Positions 29,700 to 32,000 of a stretch of 32,000 nt of DNA are shown piece after piece. This DNA comes from Candidatus Saccharimonadota bacterium (GTDB lineage Bacteria; Pseudomonadota; Gammaproteobacteria; Enterobacterales; Enterobacteriaceae): contig CP188088.1 of assembly GCA_049942965.1 (NCBI GenBank), positions 150,001 to 182,000 of the forward strand, read 5' to 3'. Made by a program: the position numbers and the translations under genes. Position 1 is the stretch's first letter. Each line of letters begins with the position of its first letter. The notes beneath the pieces are model-generated. The model was not told the DNA's origin. It searched no databases and was given only the letters and a program-made list of their open reading frames with translations.

Positions 29700-31196
29700 A
29701 TGAATAAAAATATTCTATCCGTTGTTGAATCAGTTTCTAACGAAAAATCTTTACCTAGAGAAAAAATTTTTGAAGCTTTAGAAATTGCATTAGCTACAGC
29801 AACAAAAAAAAAATATGAACGAGATGTTGACATTCGAGTTAATATAGATAGAAAAACTGGAAATTTTAAAACTTTTCGTCGTTGGATAGTAGTTAAGGAT
29901 GTTTCTAATCCTACTCGAGAAATTACTTTTGAAGCAGCACATTTTTATGATAGTAAAACTAATATTCATGATTATGTAGAAGATGAAATTAGTTCAGTAA
30001 ATTTTGATAGAATTACAACACAAACAGCTAAACAAGTTATCGTACAAAAAGTTCGTGAAGCTGAAAGAGCTATGGTAGTTGAAGAATTCAAAAATCACAA
30101 AGGTGAAATTTTAACAGGTATTGTAAAAAAAATAAATAGAGAGAGTATAATTTTAGACGTAGGAGATAATGCTGAAGCAATGATAACAAAAGAAGACATG
30201 TTACCTAGGGAAAATTTTCGTCCAGGAGATCGTGTTCGTGGAATTTTGTATCGTATTTCTCCAGAATCTAAAGGAATACAATTGTTTATTAGTAGATCTA
30301 AAGATGAAATGCTTGTTGGATTATTTAAAATCGAAGTTCCCGAAATAGGAGAAGAATTAATTGAAATAAAAGCAACAGCTAGAGATCCTGGATCTAGAGC
30401 AAAAATTGCAGTAAAAACAAATGACAAAAGAATTGATCCAGTAGGAGCTTGTGTAGGAATGAGAGGAGCTAGAGTTCAAGCTGTTTCAAGTGAATTATGT
30501 GGAGAAAGAATTGATGTTGTATTGTGGGATGATAATCCACCTCAATTTGTCATTAATGCAATGTCTCCAGCTGAAGTTTCTTCTATTGTTGTAGATGAAG
30601 ATAATCATACAATGGATATTGCGGTTGAAATTAGTAATTTGGCACAATCCATTGGAAGAAATGGACAAAATGTTCGTTTAGCTTCGCAATTAACTGGTTG
30701 GGAACTAAATGTAATGACTATAGAAGAACTAAATAAAAAAAATGAAAAGGAATTGCTAGTAACAGTGAACAATTTTAAAAAGGAATTAAATATTACGAAT
30801 GAAATTGCAGAGATCTTAGTAAATGAAGGTTTTTCTAAGATAGAAGAATTAGTTTTGGTTTCCCATGAAGATATATTAAAAATAAAAAAAATTGATAAAG
30901 AAAAATTTTCCATAATACAGAAAAAAGCTCAATTAGCATTAATTAATATGAAAAATAAAGAAAAGTATAAAATGGAAAAAATGATTTTAGACAAAAGAAT
31001 TTTAGAATTAAAAGGAATGAATAAAACTATTGCAATTGAATTGTTTAAAAAAAATGTATTTACAATAGAAAATCTAGCTGAACAAAGTATAGATGATATA
31101 ATAAGTATTAAATTATTGGATTCTACAAAAGCAGGTAAATTAATTATGTTAGCTAGAAAAGCTTGTTTTTGGTTTAATAAAAATATTAAAAAATAA
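29700..31196 (+). CDS. nusA: Transcription termination/antitermination factor NusA
   Basis: 498-aa ORF. The N-terminus [40 protein letters not shown] matches E. coli NusA. S1 and KH regions ([31 protein letters not shown]) are present. Confidence 0.96.
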   Translation: MNKNILSVVESVSNEKSLPREKIFEALEIALATATKKKYERDVDIRVNIDRKTGNFKTFRRWIVVKDVSNPTREITFEAAHFYDSKTNIHDYVEDEISSVNFDRITTQTAKQVIVQKVREAERAMVVEEFKNHKGEILTGIVKKINRESIILDVGDNAEAMITKEDMLPRENFRPGDRVRGILYRISPESKGIQLFISRSKDEMLVGLFKIEVPEIGEELIEIKATARDPGSRAKIAVKTNDKRIDPVGACVGMRGARVQAVSSELCGERIDVVLWDDNPPQFVINAMSPAEVSSIVVDEDNHTMDIAVEISNLAQSIGRNGQNVRLASQLTGWELNVMTIEELNKKNEKELLVTVNNFKKELNITNEIAEILVNEGFSKIEELVLVSHEDILKIKKIDKEKFSIIQKKAQLALINMKNKEKYKMEKMILDKRILELKGMNKTIAIELFKKNVFTIENLAEQSIDDIISIKLLDSTKAGKLIMLARKACFWFNKNIKK

Positions 31197-31208
31197 TAAG
31201 GAAATAAT

Positions 31209-32000
31209 ATGGTTGATAAAATTCAATTAAAATTTTTAGCAAATGAAATAAATATTCCTATTGAAATTATAGTGCAAAAACTAAATAAATTAGGTATAAA
31301 AAAGACAAAAAACGATTTTATTACGAATCAAGAAAAGACATATTTTTTAAATTTAATCAATAAAAAAAAAATTTTTAATGATGAAACTTTTACTTTGCAA
31401 CAAAAAACTCGTAGTGTAATAAATGTTTCTAGCATAACGGGAAAAAAAAAAATTATTAAAGTAGAAACAAGAAAAAAAAAAATGTATTTTAAAAGTGAAT
31501 TACAAAAAAAATTAGATACTACAATTAGTTCTTGTTTAAGAAATAAAAAAAATAATAAAACAGAAAAAAAAATAAATACAAAAAATAATGTACAAAAAAA
31601 AATATCTAAAGAAAGATTTTTTTTGAAGTCAAAAGATTTTAAAAAAAATAATTCTTTTTGTAAAAAAAATAAAATTACAACCGATAATTTTAAAAAAGAA
31701 GACATAATGATAGAAAAAAATAAGAAAAATAAGTTTTTTGAAAGTTCTATTGAAAACAAGAAGAAAAAAAATTCTTTTAACAAGCAATTAAAAGATATAA
31801 AAATAAATCCTAAATCATTTTTAAAAAAAAATGACCACATAAAAAAAAAGAAAGGGATTGTATTAAATATTTCAAAAAAAAAGGTTTTTAATAAAAAAAA
31901 TATTTTGAATATTAAAAATAACACAAAAGAAAATAAAGAAAAGATAAATATTCCCATTACTAATCAAAAAAATAAAACATTTGAAAAAAAAAAATCTATT
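31209..32000 (+). CDS. infB: Translation initiation factor IF-2, N-terminal 264 codons (3' end outside window)
   Basis: This ORF is not in the track because it has no stop within the window. ATG 31209 lies 7 nt after AAGGA and 13 nt after the nusA stop. MVDKIQLKFLANEINIPIEIIVQKLNKLGIKKTKNDFITNQEK...TLQQKTRSVINV...IIKVETRKKKMYFKSE aligns with the E. coli IF2 N-terminus ([28 protein letters not shown]...LTLQRKTRSTLNI...VQIEVRKKRTFVKRD). I translated the frame codon by codon to nt 32000 and found no stop. Confidence 0.9.
   Translation, partial: MVDKIQLKFLANEINIPIEIIVQKLNKLGIKKTKNDFITNQEKTYFLNLINKKKIFNDETFTLQQKTRSVINVSSITGKKKIIKVETRKKKMYFKSELQKKLDTTISSCLRNKKNNKTEKKINTKNNVQKKISKERFFLKSKDFKKNNSFCKKNKITTDNFKKEDIMIEKNKKNKFFESSIENKKKKNSFNKQLKDIKINPKSFLKKNDHIKKKKGIVLNISKKKVFNKKNILNIKNNTKENKEKINIPITNQKNKTFEKKKSI

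Noticed and set aside
30095-30913. Two minus-strand ORFs inside nusA (30095-30427, 30605-30913)
   Set aside because: They are antisense shadows of nusA, with no independent support.
31442-31463. Apparent frameshift and TAG stop in infB at an A-run
   Set aside because: - My first manual count of the A-run gave 10, which would break the frame.
- The supplied antisense ORF translation (...STLIIFFFPVML...), with its fixed coordinates, requires 11 A.
- No 84-aa + strand ORF ending near 31463 appears in the track.
- With A11, the IF2 frame is open to nt 32000. The frameshift was a miscount, not a feature.
31328-31957. 209-aa minus-strand ORF (MGIFIFSLFSFVLF...), superficially a novel Phe/Leu-rich membrane protein
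   Set aside because: - It lies entirely antisense to the infB N-terminal region.
- Its F/L/K-rich composition is simply the complement of AAA/AAT/GAA-rich infB codons.
- The + strand frame has clear IF2 homology and operon context (nusA-infB).

Overview
The window is a very AT-rich (by eye, not computed), gene-dense block of housekeeping genes. It looks like a reduced gammaproteobacterial insect-endosymbiont genome.

Gene order is: mutS(partial)-eno-pyrG-glnS-tRNA(Met,Leu,Gln)-rpiA-metK-tRNA(Arg,Ser)-csrA-alaS-bamD-rluD-aroQ-tldD-rplS-trmD-rimM-rpsP-ffh-pheA-rplM-rpsI-obgE-rpmA-rplU-ibaG-greA-rlmE-ftsH-secG-tRNA(Leu)-nusA-infB(partial). This matches my memory of Buchnera aphidicola synteny, but I could not run a search and strain identity is not determinable.

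I support 30 CDS (2 cut by window edges), 6 tRNA genes, several intergenic hairpins or terminators, and a few short repeats. About 19 ORFs in the supplied track are antisense or out-of-frame shadows inside real genes and are rejected.

I see no mobile element, CRISPR array, toxin or defence locus, or novel multi-gene system. Claiming one would be unsupported.

The observations most worth a second look are small-scale:
- secG's conserved MYD ATG start is one nucleotide out of frame with the gene body at a T9 run.
- ffh contains an in-frame 29-nt poly(A) tract.
- A thrice-repeated motif with an AAGATCTT palindromic core sits in the ibaG/greA divergent spacer. Related palindromes lie upstream of ffh and downstream of csrA.
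- An SD, a 13-codon mini-ORF and an intrinsic terminator lie upstream of nusA, where metY and rimP sit in E. coli.
- murA, folP, glmM, rimP and yhbY appear to be missing relative to E. coli synteny.
- BamD has no lipobox cysteine.
- The PheA regulatory domain reads NYII where E. coli has GALV.
- None of the six tRNA genes encodes the 3' CCA.
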